DNA of 64,000 nt from Desulfobacterales bacterium. Lineage in GTDB: Bacteria; Desulfobacterota; Desulfobacteria; Desulfobacterales; UBA2174. A program made the translations under genes and the position numbers. Where the stretch lies: positions 1 through 64,000 of the forward strand of contig CAXXWC010000020.1 in the NCBI GenBank assembly GCA_963668645.2, read 5' to 3'. Under the pieces are notes generated by a model. The model saw nothing but the letters and a program-made list of their open reading frames with translations, was not told the DNA's origin and did no database searches. Below, piece by piece: positions 29,284 through 39,149 of the stretch. Within the stretch, counting starts at the first letter, position 1. Each line of letters begins with the position of its first letter.

Positions 29284-30150
29284 TCAGGGCTGAGAAAGAA
29301 GAGCAGAACGAAGCAGCGCTTGGGTGTAGGGGTGTTTTGGTGATCGGAACACATCGGTGGTCACCCCATGATCGACAATCTCTCCACGATATATGACAGA
29401 CACCCGATTGCAGAGTCTTGCAACCGCTCCCATATCGTGCGTAATTAGCAGAATACTGATACCTTTCCTGCCTCGCAAGTCCGCGAACAATTCCAGGAGT
29501 TGAGTCGCAACCATTACATCCACAGAAGATGTCGGTTCATCTGCAATTAACAATTTTGGTTCGCAAGCCAATGCAAGCGCAAGTGCTACCCTTTGGGCCA
29601 TGCCGCCGCTCAACTCATGCGGGTAGCAACGCATGGCACGTTCTGGCTCCTGCAACCGTACGGTTGCAAGTAGCTTAAGGCTTTCTTGACGTGCATCGAA
29701 CCGTTTCATCCCACGCCGGAAACGTAGTAATCTGATCATCTGCGTCTCAATGCGTAGGGCTGGATTCAGACTGCTGGGAGCATTCTGAAACACCATAGCA
29801 ATCCCACCCCCACGAACTTCGTTCATCGCAGACTCAGAAAATGCAAGTAAATTTTGCCCCTGCCAGATTATCTCCCCTTGAACAACGCATCCCGGCAGAT
29901 CGATTAAGCCTAAAATCGCAAGAGCTGTCACTGTCTTACCGGAACCCGATTCTCCTACCAACCCATGCGCTTCTTTCTCATGTATGGTCAGGTTAACTTT
30001 GTTAACAGCACGTATAACCCCCTGTTTTTCAGTTAGAAAATAGATTGTGACGTTTCGCAAATCTAACAGCACTTTTGAAATGCCATCGCAATTATCCGAA
30101 ACCATTGTGTTCATAACTTTAACAGCCTGAGCATGACTTACCTCTTGCAT
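29284..30150 (-). CDS. ABC ATP-binding protein (OppD-like)
   Basis: GESGSGKT, YPHELSGGMAQRV, LIADEPT, ITHD, HPYTQAL; start uncertain. Confidence 0.92.
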   Translation of the reverse strand: MQEVSHAQAVKVMNTMVSDNCDGISKVLLDLRNVTIYFLTEKQGVIRAVNKVNLTIHEKEAHGLVGESGSGKTVTALAILGLIDLPGCVVQGEIIWQGQNLLAFSESAMNEVRGGGIAMVFQNAPSSLNPALRIETQMIRLLRFRRGMKRFDARQESLKLLATVRLQEPERAMRCYPHELSGGMAQRVALALALACEPKLLIADEPTSSVDVMVATQLLELFADLRGRKGISILLITHDMGAVARLCNRVSVIYRGEIVDHGVTTDVFRSPKHPYTQALLRSALLSQP

Positions 30151-30207
30151 CAGAGAAAGTTACACTTGCTTCTATATTTGAGCTTTTCATCGCATTATCC
30201 GATATTA

Positions 30208-31407
30208 GGTGATGTCACCATTTAGTTGACATTCGCCTTTTGATTATGTAGCCTTGCTCCGGTAAAGTTCCTTTAACGCCGGAGGCAATCCATGAGCGAT
30301 CTTGGGCAATATTTTTGCCCCAACCAACAATGCAAAGACTACGGCTTGCGTGGGAATGGCAACATCAGTATTCGCGGCAAATACGGCAAGGACAAGGACC
30401 GCGACTTGCTGTATTGCCGTACCTGTGGCAAACGCTTTGCGGCCACGCACGCCAGTGCGCTGTTCGGACTGCATCTGCCAGCCGATACAATCGGGCAAAT
30501 CATTCACCACGCGGCCGAGGGTGTCGGTGTAAGAGCCACTGCACGCTTGCTTGGGCTCGACAAAGACACCGTCAATCGGGTGATTTTACGCGCTGGTGAG
30601 CACTGCGCCCGAGTACTTTCGGATTTGCTCAGGTCCTTGCAGTTGACCGAGACGCAGCTCGACGAACTATGGACCTTTGTAAAAAAAAGAAAAGTTCTGA
30701 CGACCTCGAAGACCTTGAGAAGCAGTACGGTCAGACCTGGATCTGGACAGCCATCGACGCCCCGACACGTCTTCTGATCACTTTCTGGATCGGAGGGCGT
30801 GAACTGGACGATGCGCGGCAAATGCTGCGCGATTTGATCGATCGCTGCCCGAGCAAGCCTCTGTTTGTCTCCGATGAGCTGCCCCATTACGCCACAGTTC
30901 TTGGAGAGCTGTTTCACAAGCTCATCCCATCGGCAGCCACGGGCAAACCGGGACGGCCGCTTAATCCGCAGCAAGTCATTGATGCGGATTTGGATTACGC
31001 CACTGTTCATAAGACGCGTCAGGGCGCACGGGTCGTCAAGGTCGAACGTCAGGTGGTTTACGGCAGCGAGCAGCACATCCTGGATCGATTGGAAGACTCG
31101 CCCAGCCAGACGATCAATACCGCCTATATCGAGCGATCCAATTTGGACTGGCGATTGTGGGATGCTCATCTTGCTCGTAAAGCGCCTACGGTAGCCCGTT
31201 CAATACGATGGCTTAAGGCTAAATTTGCCATCTGCGTGGCTTGTTATGATTTTATCCGGCCTCATGACAACGCTTAGCCGTGGCAAGGACCGGGTCTTTC
31301 GCCCTACTAACACCCCCGCGATGCAAGCGAATGTGACGGATCATAAGTGGTCTTTTGGCGAACTTCTGGCCTTCCCGGCATGATATCAATCATATGGTGA
31401 CATCACC
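30208..31407 (+). mobile_element. IS1-family insertion sequence, 1200 bp
   Basis: Terminal IRs GGTGATGTCACCAT / ATGGTGACATCACC; 8-bp target duplication CGATATTA at 30200-30207 and 31408-31415. Confidence 0.9.
30292..31383 (+). pseudogene. IS1-family transposase (programmed -1 frameshift at the A-run near 30681; extra +1 frameshift near 31269)
   Basis: Zn-ribbon/HTH orfA, QLDELWTFVKK slippery site, DDE orfB (TAYIERSN); the normal tail TPAMQANVTDHKWSFGELL is out of frame after a premature stop at 31277. Confidence 0.8.
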
Positions 31408-32952
31408 CGATATTAGAAGATCTTGGAAAAGTTTACCGTATCCTCATTTTGGCTTACCTATTCAAAATGGACCTCCCTCTTTCTATGAAAAATAGCCAAT
31501 ATAGCAACTGTACTTTACAGAGGCTTAACCTTCCGTGTCAAGAAGGAGAAAATGCATGGTGATTTCGTGCTGATTCGATAAGCCATTAAACTCCAAGTGG
31601 TTATCAAAACATCTGGACAACCCCTTGATATTCAGCTATATAGCTCCCCGGCAGGTCATCTTTCGTTAATGGGGGGCGATGTGTTGTATCTCAAACAAGT
31701 CGTTGTTCGGTTAGTTCGCCGGAATCAAGATCAGCGCTTCCAGAGCTTGATGCACCGGCATCATTACTTGGGCGCCTTGCCCAAAATCGGTGAAACCCTG
31801 CGATATGCGGCCTGTATCGGTGATCAATGGGTCGGCTTGGTCAGCTTTTCCGCTCCCGCCCTCAAATGTGCTGCTCGCGATCAGTGGATCGGTTGGCCCT
31901 TTAACCATCAGTTCGATCGGCTCAATTTGTTGACCAACAACAGCCGTTTTCTGATCCTGCCCGACTGGCATCTGCCAAACCTGGCCTCGCGCATCCTGGC
32001 CTTGTGCCGAAAAAGACTGCCCGCCGACTGGCAAGCCGCTTTCGGACATCCCGTGCTGTTGCTCGAAACCTTCGTCGATCCCGCGCGCTTCAAGGGAACC
32101 ATCTATAAAGCCGACAACTGGACTGCGGTCGGAAACTCCAAAGGCTTTCATCGGCACGCCAAAGGATACAGCGACACGGCCGACTCACCCAAAATGGTTT
32201 TTGTCAAACCGTTGCGCCCCGATGCGCAAACCCTCTTGTCACAGACCATGCTGCCACCGCTTTATCAAACAGGAGATCCTAAAATCATGCTGCCGGCTCA
32301 ACACATGCAATCTTTGCCCCGATTTTTCGCCGACATCCCCGATCCGCGACGCCCCCAAGGCCGACGCCATCGTCTGGCAACCGTTTTGGCCATCGCCGCC
32401 GCAGCAACCCTGTGTGGCATGCGCGGCTACCAGGCCATCTCCGATTGGGCCAACAGCCTCGGACAAAAAGCACGCCGGCGCTTCCAATGCCGCTACCGAA
32501 ACGGCCACTACAGCGTGCCGAGTCTGTCGATCATCCGCGATGTGCTCATCCGGGTCGATCCGGCACGCCTCGACGACGCCCTGCAAAAATGGAACAGCAT
32601 CCACGCCGGCTGCGACCAATGCCTGGCCATCGATGGCAAAACCATGTGCAACGCCATTGACGATCAAGGCTATCAGACCCACATCATGAGCGTTGTCGGC
32701 CATACCACCAGTGCCTGCTACACCCAAAAAAAGTCGGCAACCTGGCCGTAGACGACCAAAAGGTCAAGCGCACCAACGAAATCAAGACCGCCCAGCCCCT
32801 GCTCGATGCCATCAAGATCGAAAACAAAGACATCACCGCCGATGCCCTGCTGACACAGAGAAAGTTCGCCGAATACATCGTCGAGCAGCGTGTGTCAATG
32901 GGAATGAAAAGTGTACCAGTTATGGGAAAATAAAAGTGTACCACCGCGCTGG

Positions 32953-33738
32953 TTAATTCCGTGCCTCCTGGGCCGCTGCCGGCGGAACCGGGTGGCGTCC
33001 GAACTCGTTCTTTGAAAAATTGTGTTTCCTGAGCCGATAGCTGTGTCCTTTGATGTTGACCACGCGGCAGTGGTGCAGCAGCCGGTCGAGAATGGCCGTG
33101 GCGATCACCTGGTCGCCGAACAGTTCCTTCCAGTCGATAAAGCTCTTGTTCGAGGTAATGATCGTCGAGCTGCGCTCGTAGCGATGGGAGACGAACTGGA
33201 AGAACAGATACGCCTCCCGGCTGTCGATGGGCAGATAGCCCACCTCGTCGACCACCACCAGCGGCGAGGTCAGATAGGCCTTGTGCCGGGACTGCGATTC
33301 CTTGAGCTTGCGCATCAGCGTGTCCATCGTGGTGAAATAGACCTTGAAACCGTGATGGCACGCTTTGGTCGCCAGCGAGATGGCCAGATGGGTTTTACCC
33401 ACCCCCGGCGGCCCGAGAAAGATCACATTTTCATGCTTGGCGATAAAGTCCAAATCGAACAGGGTCATCACCTCCTTTTTGTTCAGATCCGGATGGAAAG
33501 TAAAGTCGTAGGCGTCGATGGTTTTGGCGGCCGGCAAGCCGGCGGTTTTCATGGCGGTTTGCACCCGGCGCTTTTCCTTGGCCGCGACTTCCTCCTCCAG
33601 CAGGTGGTCGAGGAACGACAGGTACGAGCCCTTTTCGGCCTCGGCCTGGGAGAGGACCGAGTCCAGAACATCAGCCGCCTGGGTGAGCTTGAGCCGCTGC
33701 AGATTGTCCCGCAGACGGTCGCTAATCAGCTGGTCCAT
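32953..33738 (-). CDS. istB: IS21 helper ATPase IstB
   Basis: GPPGVGKTHLA, VVDEVGY, AILDRLLHH. Confidence 0.95.
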   Translation of the reverse strand: MDQLISDRLRDNLQRLKLTQAADVLDSVLSQAEAEKGSYLSFLDHLLEEEVAAKEKRRVQTAMKTAGLPAAKTIDAYDFTFHPDLNKKEVMTLFDLDFIAKHENVIFLGPPGVGKTHLAISLATKACHHGFKVYFTTMDTLMRKLKESQSRHKAYLTSPLVVVDEVGYLPIDSREAYLFFQFVSHRYERSSTIITSNKSFIDWKELFGDQVIATAILDRLLHHCRVVNIKGHSYRLRKHNFSKNEFGRHPVPPAAAQEARN

Positions 33739-35000
33739 ACCCCGCCTCCTTTCTGGGCAAACTGTTCATACTCGGACAGCGGCCGACAGGCTACCTGGGG
33801 AAAGAGACTGGCGTTGACTAGGCCGCGGGTGGCTTTGCCCTTGGGGCGGCCGTAGGGCGGCTGACAGGGCTGTTCGCGGCGCAGATCGAGGATCTGCTTG
33901 ATGATGGCCGGATCGGTCATCCATCGGCCCTTTTCATCGCTCTGGGCATAGGTCTTGAGCAGCCGGTCGTCGTCGTAAATCCGCACGGCGCCGTCTTTGA
34001 TCTTCAACAACACTTTCTTGCCCACCGCTTCCGGAGGGACTTGGTAGCGGCTGGCGTTGTAGGAGACCATGCAGTCCTTGTAGACCTTGCGATAGACCTT
34101 GATGGCGGTGTCGTAGTCGGGCATGACCGGGCTGAGGCTCTTGACCTCCTGCTGCCAGCGCATGTCCACCGGCTGGCGGTGGGTGCCGTGTGTGCGCCGG
34201 TTGGCCGTCTGGGAAAGCCACTGTAGAAGATCGTGGTTGGCCGCCTCCAGGCTGGTAAAGCGGTAGCCTCTCCAGAAGGCTTCGCGGATGTAGTCCATCG
34301 GCCGTTCCACCTTTCCCTTGACCCAGGGGCTGTAAGGCGCACAGAGGATCGGCTTGAAACCGTAGTGGTTGGCAAAATGCGTAAACTCGACGTTGATGAC
34401 CGGCTTTGCGTTCTGACGGCCGGAAAAGACGTTGCGCATGTTGTCGTAGAGCAGCTCGAAAGGCACACCGCACAGGTATTTAAAGGCGTGTATGTGGGCA
34501 TCCATGAATGCTTGGAGGGTGCATTGGCTGACGAATTCGGCATACATGGCGCGCGAAAAGCCTAATACGAGGACAAAGAGGTAAAGCGTCAGATCCACGG
34601 CGCCGGCCGCACTGACCTTGAAATCGCCCCAATCGACCTGCCCCTGGAGCCCGGGCACGGTCTCGAAGCGCAGGTAGGCCTGGCGCCGGTTGCGGGCTTT
34701 GATGGATCGCACAAACGGCTTGACCGTATCGTAGCTGCCTGAATATCCAAGATCTTTGATCCTCTGGAAGATCCAGGCAGCCCGATAGTCATCTTGGGCC
34801 AGCCAGTCTTCAATCATCTGGTAGAACGGCGCCAGGATCGACTCCCTTTTGCTGGTTTTTGAGTACTCCGGCGCCTGGGGCTGAGAGATATACTTTTTTA
34901 CCGTGTCGCGGTGAATGCCAAGCTTTCGCGAGATGGCTCGCTGAGACAACCCTTGGCGGTAATAGGAAAGAATGTCCATGAAGACCTCCCTTGCGATCAT
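33726..35000 (-). CDS. istA: IS21 transposase IstA
   Basis: HTH, RFETVPGLQGQVDWG, LYDNM, KGKVER. Confidence 0.95.
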   Translation of the reverse strand: MIAREVFMDILSYYRQGLSQRAISRKLGIHRDTVKKYISQPQAPEYSKTSKRESILAPFYQMIEDWLAQDDYRAAWIFQRIKDLGYSGSYDTVKPFVRSIKARNRRQAYLRFETVPGLQGQVDWGDFKVSAAGAVDLTLYLFVLVLGFSRAMYAEFVSQCTLQAFMDAHIHAFKYLCGVPFELLYDNMRNVFSGRQNAKPVINVEFTHFANHYGFKPILCAPYSPWVKGKVERPMDYIREAFWRGYRFTSLEAANHDLLQWLSQTANRRTHGTHRQPVDMRWQQEVKSLSPVMPDYDTAIKVYRKVYKDCMVSYNASRYQVPPEAVGKKVLLKIKDGAVRIYDDDRLLKTYAQSDEKGRWMTDPAIIKQILDLRREQPCQPPYGRPKGKATRGLVNASLFPQVACRPLSEYEQFAQKGGGVWTS

Positions 35001-35855
35001 GGCGAAGCCCTCCTTTCTTGGAGGGTCCTACCATGATCCGGCCACGGAGGTGGTACACTTTTCATTCCCTTTTTTGGTACATTTTTGCATTACCAGTGAC
35101 AGCGTGGCGCCCACTACCACTTCACCGTCAAAAACAACCAGCCCGGACTGTTCGACGACATCGGTCTGTACTTCAAAGACCGCGGCCAACCCGATTTCAT
35201 CCTTTGCGACCCGCCCGACCACGGCCGCATCGAAGAGCGCAAGATCTGGACCACCACCGAACTCAACAAGTTTCTCGACTTTCCTCACGTCCAACAAGCT
35301 TTTGTCATCGAACGCCGATGCACGGACAAAAAAAGCGGCAAACAATCATTTGAGATTGCTTACGGTATCACCAGTAGACCTGCCGAGCAGGCCGACGCCC
35401 GATGCCTGCTGGCCATAAACCGCGGCCATTGGTGCATCGAAAACAAATGCCATTACATCATCGACTGGAACTTCGACGAAGACCGCAGCCGTATCCGCAA
35501 AGGCCACGAGCCTGAAAATATCACCCGGTTGCGCCGTTTTGCCGTAAGCGCAATTAAATCCAAAGGTGTGCGCAGCGTGGCGCAAAAAATGCGCCAACTG
35601 GCTCGCAACGTCCGCTTGGTCTTCGACTATCTGGCCATGACTGACAACTGCCGGCCGACCGCAACACGGGCATAGAACAAATTCACCGTGGGAGAAAATG
35701 AGTTCCTGATTAATCATAAAACGTATTTTTTACATTTTAGGAGAAAGGCTTGAGGTTCTATGCAATTAAGTAATTACCCATTATTACAGAACAATCCACA
35801 CTTCGAATGGACAAACATGGGGGTTTGATCTTGCCCCGAAAAAGTGGACACGAGG

Positions 35856-36719
35856 TTAAGCCGCAAGTAGGAAACCCTCATATTCTTGCGGGATTGCGTA
35901 ATCAATCGATAAGTGGCGTCTTTTTCGGTTGTAGAAGACCTCTATGTAATAAAATAGGCTTTGGATCGCTTCCGACCGGCTGTGGTACCGTTCGTGGTTG
36001 ACCCATTCCATCTTAAGGCGGCCAAAGAAGCTTTCCGCCACGGCATTGTCATGGCAGTTGCCTTTACGGCTCATGCTGCAGACCATGCCACGCTCTTTGA
36101 GAATCTTTTGATAATCGGCCGAAGCGTACTGGCTACCGCGGTCCGTATGATGTAGCAGCCCTTGTTCCGGCTGCCGCTTACCAAGAGCCATTTCCAGGGC
36201 ATCAATGGCCAGTTGCCGTGTCATTCGGATAGCAGCGGACCAACCGACGACTTCGCGGTTGTACAAATCCAACAGCACGGCCAGGTACAGCCAGCCCTCG
36301 TCGGTCCAGATGTAGGTTATGTCGCCGACCCATGCGGTGTCGGGAGCCTTTGCGTTGAAGTCCCGGTCAAGTAAATTCTGTGCAACTGGTAGATTATGCC
36401 GAGAGTTCGTCGTTGCCTTGAACTTCTTTCTCGTCCGAGATCGGATACCGGCATTTCGCATGATACGGGCGACACGGTTTTTCTCGCAACGTACGCCGTC
36501 ATCGTTCAGATCCTGGTGGATCCGCGGCGCTCCGTAGATACCGTGACTGTTTGCATGTGAGAGTCGGATTCGATTCTCCAGAACCCGGTTTTCACGGCTC
36601 CGGCGGCTCTCTGGACGCTTTTTCCAGGCATAGAAGCCGGATCGGGAGACGTTTAGCAACTTGCACATGCGGCCTACAGTGAACGTCTCCACGTGTTCAG
36701 AGATGAATCGAAATTTCAT
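35856..36719 (-). CDS. IS3 transposase OrfB (DDE)
   Basis: WVGDITY, HTDRGSQY, DNAVAESFF. Confidence 0.95.
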   Translation of the reverse strand: MKFRFISEHVETFTVGRMCKLLNVSRSGFYAWKKRPESRRSRENRVLENRIRLSHANSHGIYGAPRIHQDLNDDGVRCEKNRVARIMRNAGIRSRTRKKFKATTNSRHNLPVAQNLLDRDFNAKAPDTAWVGDITYIWTDEGWLYLAVLLDLYNREVVGWSAAIRMTRQLAIDALEMALGKRQPEQGLLHHTDRGSQYASADYQKILKERGMVCSMSRKGNCHDNAVAESFFGRLKMEWVNHERYHSRSEAIQSLFYYIEVFYNRKRRHLSIDYAIPQEYEGFLLAA

Positions 36720-37015
36720 TTCTGATCCTCCGCAAAGTAGGCCAGCGCTTTTTTTAGGATGTCACGCTCCTGTTTGACGCGATCCAGCTCACGGCGGAGG
36801 TTACGCATTTCCTCGTCCGGAGCGGCAAGCTTTCCTTTACCAGGAAAAGCGTGCAGGGGTTCTTTAGCCAGTTCTGACTTCCAGCGTCGTAACACGCTGT
36901 ATTCTATACCGAGATTCCGCGAGGCCTCAGCAATGCTGTATCCCTTTTGGGTAATCAGGTTCACAGCCTCGACCTTGAATTCTCGTGAGTAGTTCTTTCT
37001 CTTTTTCTGTGCCAT
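36716..37015 (-). CDS. IS3 transposase OrfA
   Basis: YSREFKVEAV HTH, ERDILKKA; GGAGG RBS. Confidence 0.92.
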   Translation of the reverse strand: MAQKKRKNYSREFKVEAVNLITQKGYSIAEASRNLGIEYSVLRRWKSELAKEPLHAFPGKGKLAAPDEEMRNLRRELDRVKQERDILKKALAYFAEDQK

Positions 37016-37148
37016 TGGAACACCTCCTGGCGCCCGTATACATTGGGCTTTTCGAGGTTTCCACCAATTTGGGGGAAGATCACAACCACAACAAGGGCAA
37101 TACTTAATATGCCGCATCGGCCCACATTAAACCGATGGAGGAACGACA

Positions 37149-37379
37149 ATGCCCAATATTACGCTCAGCGTTGACGAGGAAACGATCAAGAAGGTGCGTA
37201 AAATCGCCATCAACAGGGGTACAACACTTTCCGCCATGATCCGAGCGTACTTGGCAGAAGTCGCTAATCAAGATCAGCAGAAAAAGGGTGAAGCACTGCG
37301 GATGCTGGAAGAATCGTTTCGCAAGCACAGCACCGATCGAGGCTCCAGGCGATGGAAACGGGAGGGCTTGTATGGCTAA
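37149..37379 (+). CDS. RHH-type (VapB/CopG-like) antitoxin, orphan
   Basis: MPNITLSVDEETIKKVRKIA...TLSAMIRAYL, C-terminal WKREGLYG; GGAGG RBS; no PIN toxin follows. Confidence 0.7.
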   Translation: MPNITLSVDEETIKKVRKIAINRGTTLSAMIRAYLAEVANQDQQKKGEALRMLEESFRKHSTDRGSRRWKREGLYG

Positions 37380-37553
37380 ATGCTACTGGTATGCACTGCT
37401 CGGTACCGCTGCAAAACGCTCCGGTCCTTTCAGGTTCTTTTATCCATCCGATTTCTCGCACTTTTAAATTGCATGGCAAGATCCGATATCCCTATGGTAT
37501 GAGAAGGTATTCTTCGTCTTAGGCGAAGTAACTGAAAGAACCAGGGGGCAATC

Positions 37554-37772
37554 ATGCCATGGACTGCGGTTTTTAAAAAGGTTTCTACCGGTTACGTTGC
37601 GTTCGTCGCAGAGCTTCCAGGTGCCAACACCCAGGGACGCACCATCGATGAAGCCAGGGAGAATCTGCGCGAGGCGATCGAACTGACGCTTGAGGCCAAT
37701 CGCTTGCTGGCCGAAGAAATTTATGCCGGGGAGCCGGTAGTCAAAGAGCCCCTGGAATTTATACCGGCATGA
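37554..37772 (+). CDS. hicB: HicB-family antitoxin (short form)
   Basis: ELPGANTQGRTIDEARENLREAI. Confidence 0.88.
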   Translation: MPWTAVFKKVSTGYVAFVAELPGANTQGRTIDEARENLREAIELTLEANRLLAEEIYAGEPVVKEPLEFIPA

Positions 37773-37954
37773 AGCGGATCGACCTCATCCGCCATCTGGA
37801 ACGCCAGGGGTGTGAGTTTCTCAGAGAAGGTGCAAATCATACCGTGTACGTCAACCGGTCCAGGCGCAAGGTATCCACGGTGCCTCAACACCGTGAGCTT
37901 GACGAATTTCTCGTCTCCAAGATTTGCCGAGACCTTGAAGTTGATCGACCGTGA
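37769..37954 (+). CDS. hicA: HicA-family toxin
   Basis: GCEFLREGANHTVY...TVPQH; ATGA overlap with hicB. Confidence 0.88.
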   Translation: MKRIDLIRHLERQGCEFLREGANHTVYVNRSRRKVSTVPQHRELDEFLVSKICRDLEVDRP

Positions 37955-38032
37955 CATTGCCAAATCCGGCAACACCACCAGGGTTTGCCTGGCAGCCCGG
38001 GTCCCCTCCCCCGGAAACCCGGGCCGCTCAGC

Positions 38033-39094
38033 CTACAGCTTGCCGCGTTCCACAGCGATATTGATATAAGTTTCCATCCCGCTCTTGGGCGGCACGTAGA
38101 TGGCCTCTTCGGGCTTGCGCGCCAGGGACATGGCTTCGGTGGGGCAGGTGGTCACGCACAGGCCGCAGCCGATGCAGCGGTCCAGGTCGATCACCGCCAC
38201 GTCCTCCGGCACGGCAATGGCCTCCATCTGGCAGCGCTCGACGCAGGTTTCACACCCGGTGCACAAGTCCTCATCCACCATGGCGAAATAGTTGCTCTGG
38301 ACCGCCTCAGCCGGCTTGGGCTGGAGCTTGAGCGAACGCAGCACCCCGCAGCAGTCGCCGCAGCACGAGCACATCCCGCCCACCTTCTGGGAGTTGAAGG
38401 GCTGCATCACCAGCCCGGCGGCCTCGCTTTTGCGGGCCACTTCCTTGGCTTCGTCCACCGTGATGTAGCGGCCCATGCCGTTTTCCACGTAGTAATCGGC
38501 ATGGGAGCCGAAGACCATGCAGGCCTCCAGCGGCTTGCCGCAGCCGCGGTCGTTGAGCTGGGCCATCTTGCGGCAGATGCATTCGGCCAGGGCGATGGTC
38601 TTCTGGTTATCCAAAATGTCGAGCACGTCGTCGTAAGGGGCCACGGGCCACCTGGCCACCAATGTCCGGTTGACCGGCACGGTGCGCATCACCGGGGTCT
38701 TGTTGGCCTGGATGGTGCGCCCGAAGGCGAGTTGGTAGTACTCTTCCATGTCGCGGGCCGTTTCGGCGTCGATATGCGGCAGCTGGAACTCGAAGATCCC
38801 CACCACGTAAGGGATGGCGGCGTACTTGACCGCAGCGGGGCGCCGCAGCCGGAAAAGAAGCCCTTTTTTGGCCATGGCCTCCATCTGATCGGCCACATCG
38901 GCCTCGGGCCGGTTCAAACGCTCCGCCACCTGGGCCGGGGTTTCGAGCAGGGGGGTCATCTCCAGAAAAAATTCGGCCTCCTCAAGCGAGAAAAGCCGCT
39001 GCAGAATTCGCCGCTCCACCTTCTGCTCGGTTTCGGGAAAACCGGTGGCCAGATCGTCCAGGCGCTGGCGCAACCTTTCATAGACGTCATTCAT
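38033..39094 (-). CDS. Multi-[4Fe-4S] ferredoxin-domain protein
   Basis: ECICR, CSCCGDCCG, CTGCETCVERC, CIGCGLCVTTCP. Confidence 0.88.
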   Translation of the reverse strand: MNDVYERLRQRLDDLATGFPETEQKVERRILQRLFSLEEAEFFLEMTPLLETPAQVAERLNRPEADVADQMEAMAKKGLLFRLRRPAAVKYAAIPYVVGIFEFQLPHIDAETARDMEEYYQLAFGRTIQANKTPVMRTVPVNRTLVARWPVAPYDDVLDILDNQKTIALAECICRKMAQLNDRGCGKPLEACMVFGSHADYYVENGMGRYITVDEAKEVARKSEAAGLVMQPFNSQKVGGMCSCCGDCCGVLRSLKLQPKPAEAVQSNYFAMVDEDLCTGCETCVERCQMEAIAVPEDVAVIDLDRCIGCGLCVTTCPTEAMSLARKPEEAIYVPPKSGMETYINIAVERGKL

Positions 39095-39149
39095 GGTGTT
39101 TCTCCTGTCTGGGTATAGGGCTCTATGCCGGCCCATACACCGGTGCGTT

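Larger units (their letters stand above)
32893..35101 (-). mobile_element. IS21-family insertion sequence, 2209 bp
   Basis: TGTCA...TGACA termini with internal repeated AAAAGTGTACCA motifs; 5-bp target duplication GCGTG. Confidence 0.93.
31597..35675 (+). pseudogene. DUF4338-ISAs1 transposase split by the IS21 insertion
   Basis: HHYLG, NNSRFLILP, ETFVDP (DUF4338); DPRRPQGRRH, AIDGKT; A8 frameshift near 32726; rejoined reading VEQ|RGAHYHFTVKNNQP; HWCIEN; start codon uncertain. Confidence 0.85.
31555..35690 (+). mobile_element. ISAs1-family element with a DUF4338-fused transposase, interrupted by an IS21
   Basis: Ends CATGGTGATTTCGTGC / GAACAAATTCACCGTG; 10-bp target duplication GGAGAAAATG at 31545-31554 and 35691-35700. 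Confidence 0.9.
35826..37082 (-). mobile_element. IS3-family insertion sequence
   Basis: TGATCTTGCCCC / GGGGGAAGATCA terminal IRs; orfA/orfB with an A7G slippery site near 36750; no target duplication visible. Confidence 0.9.

Noticed and set aside
31597..32751. Druantia anti-phage system
   Set aside because: The DUF4338 domain is part of an IS transposase within IRs and a TSD; no DruE helicase or other dru genes
1..38000. Prophage or ICE
   Set aside because: No integrase, relaxase, T4SS or phage structural genes in the window
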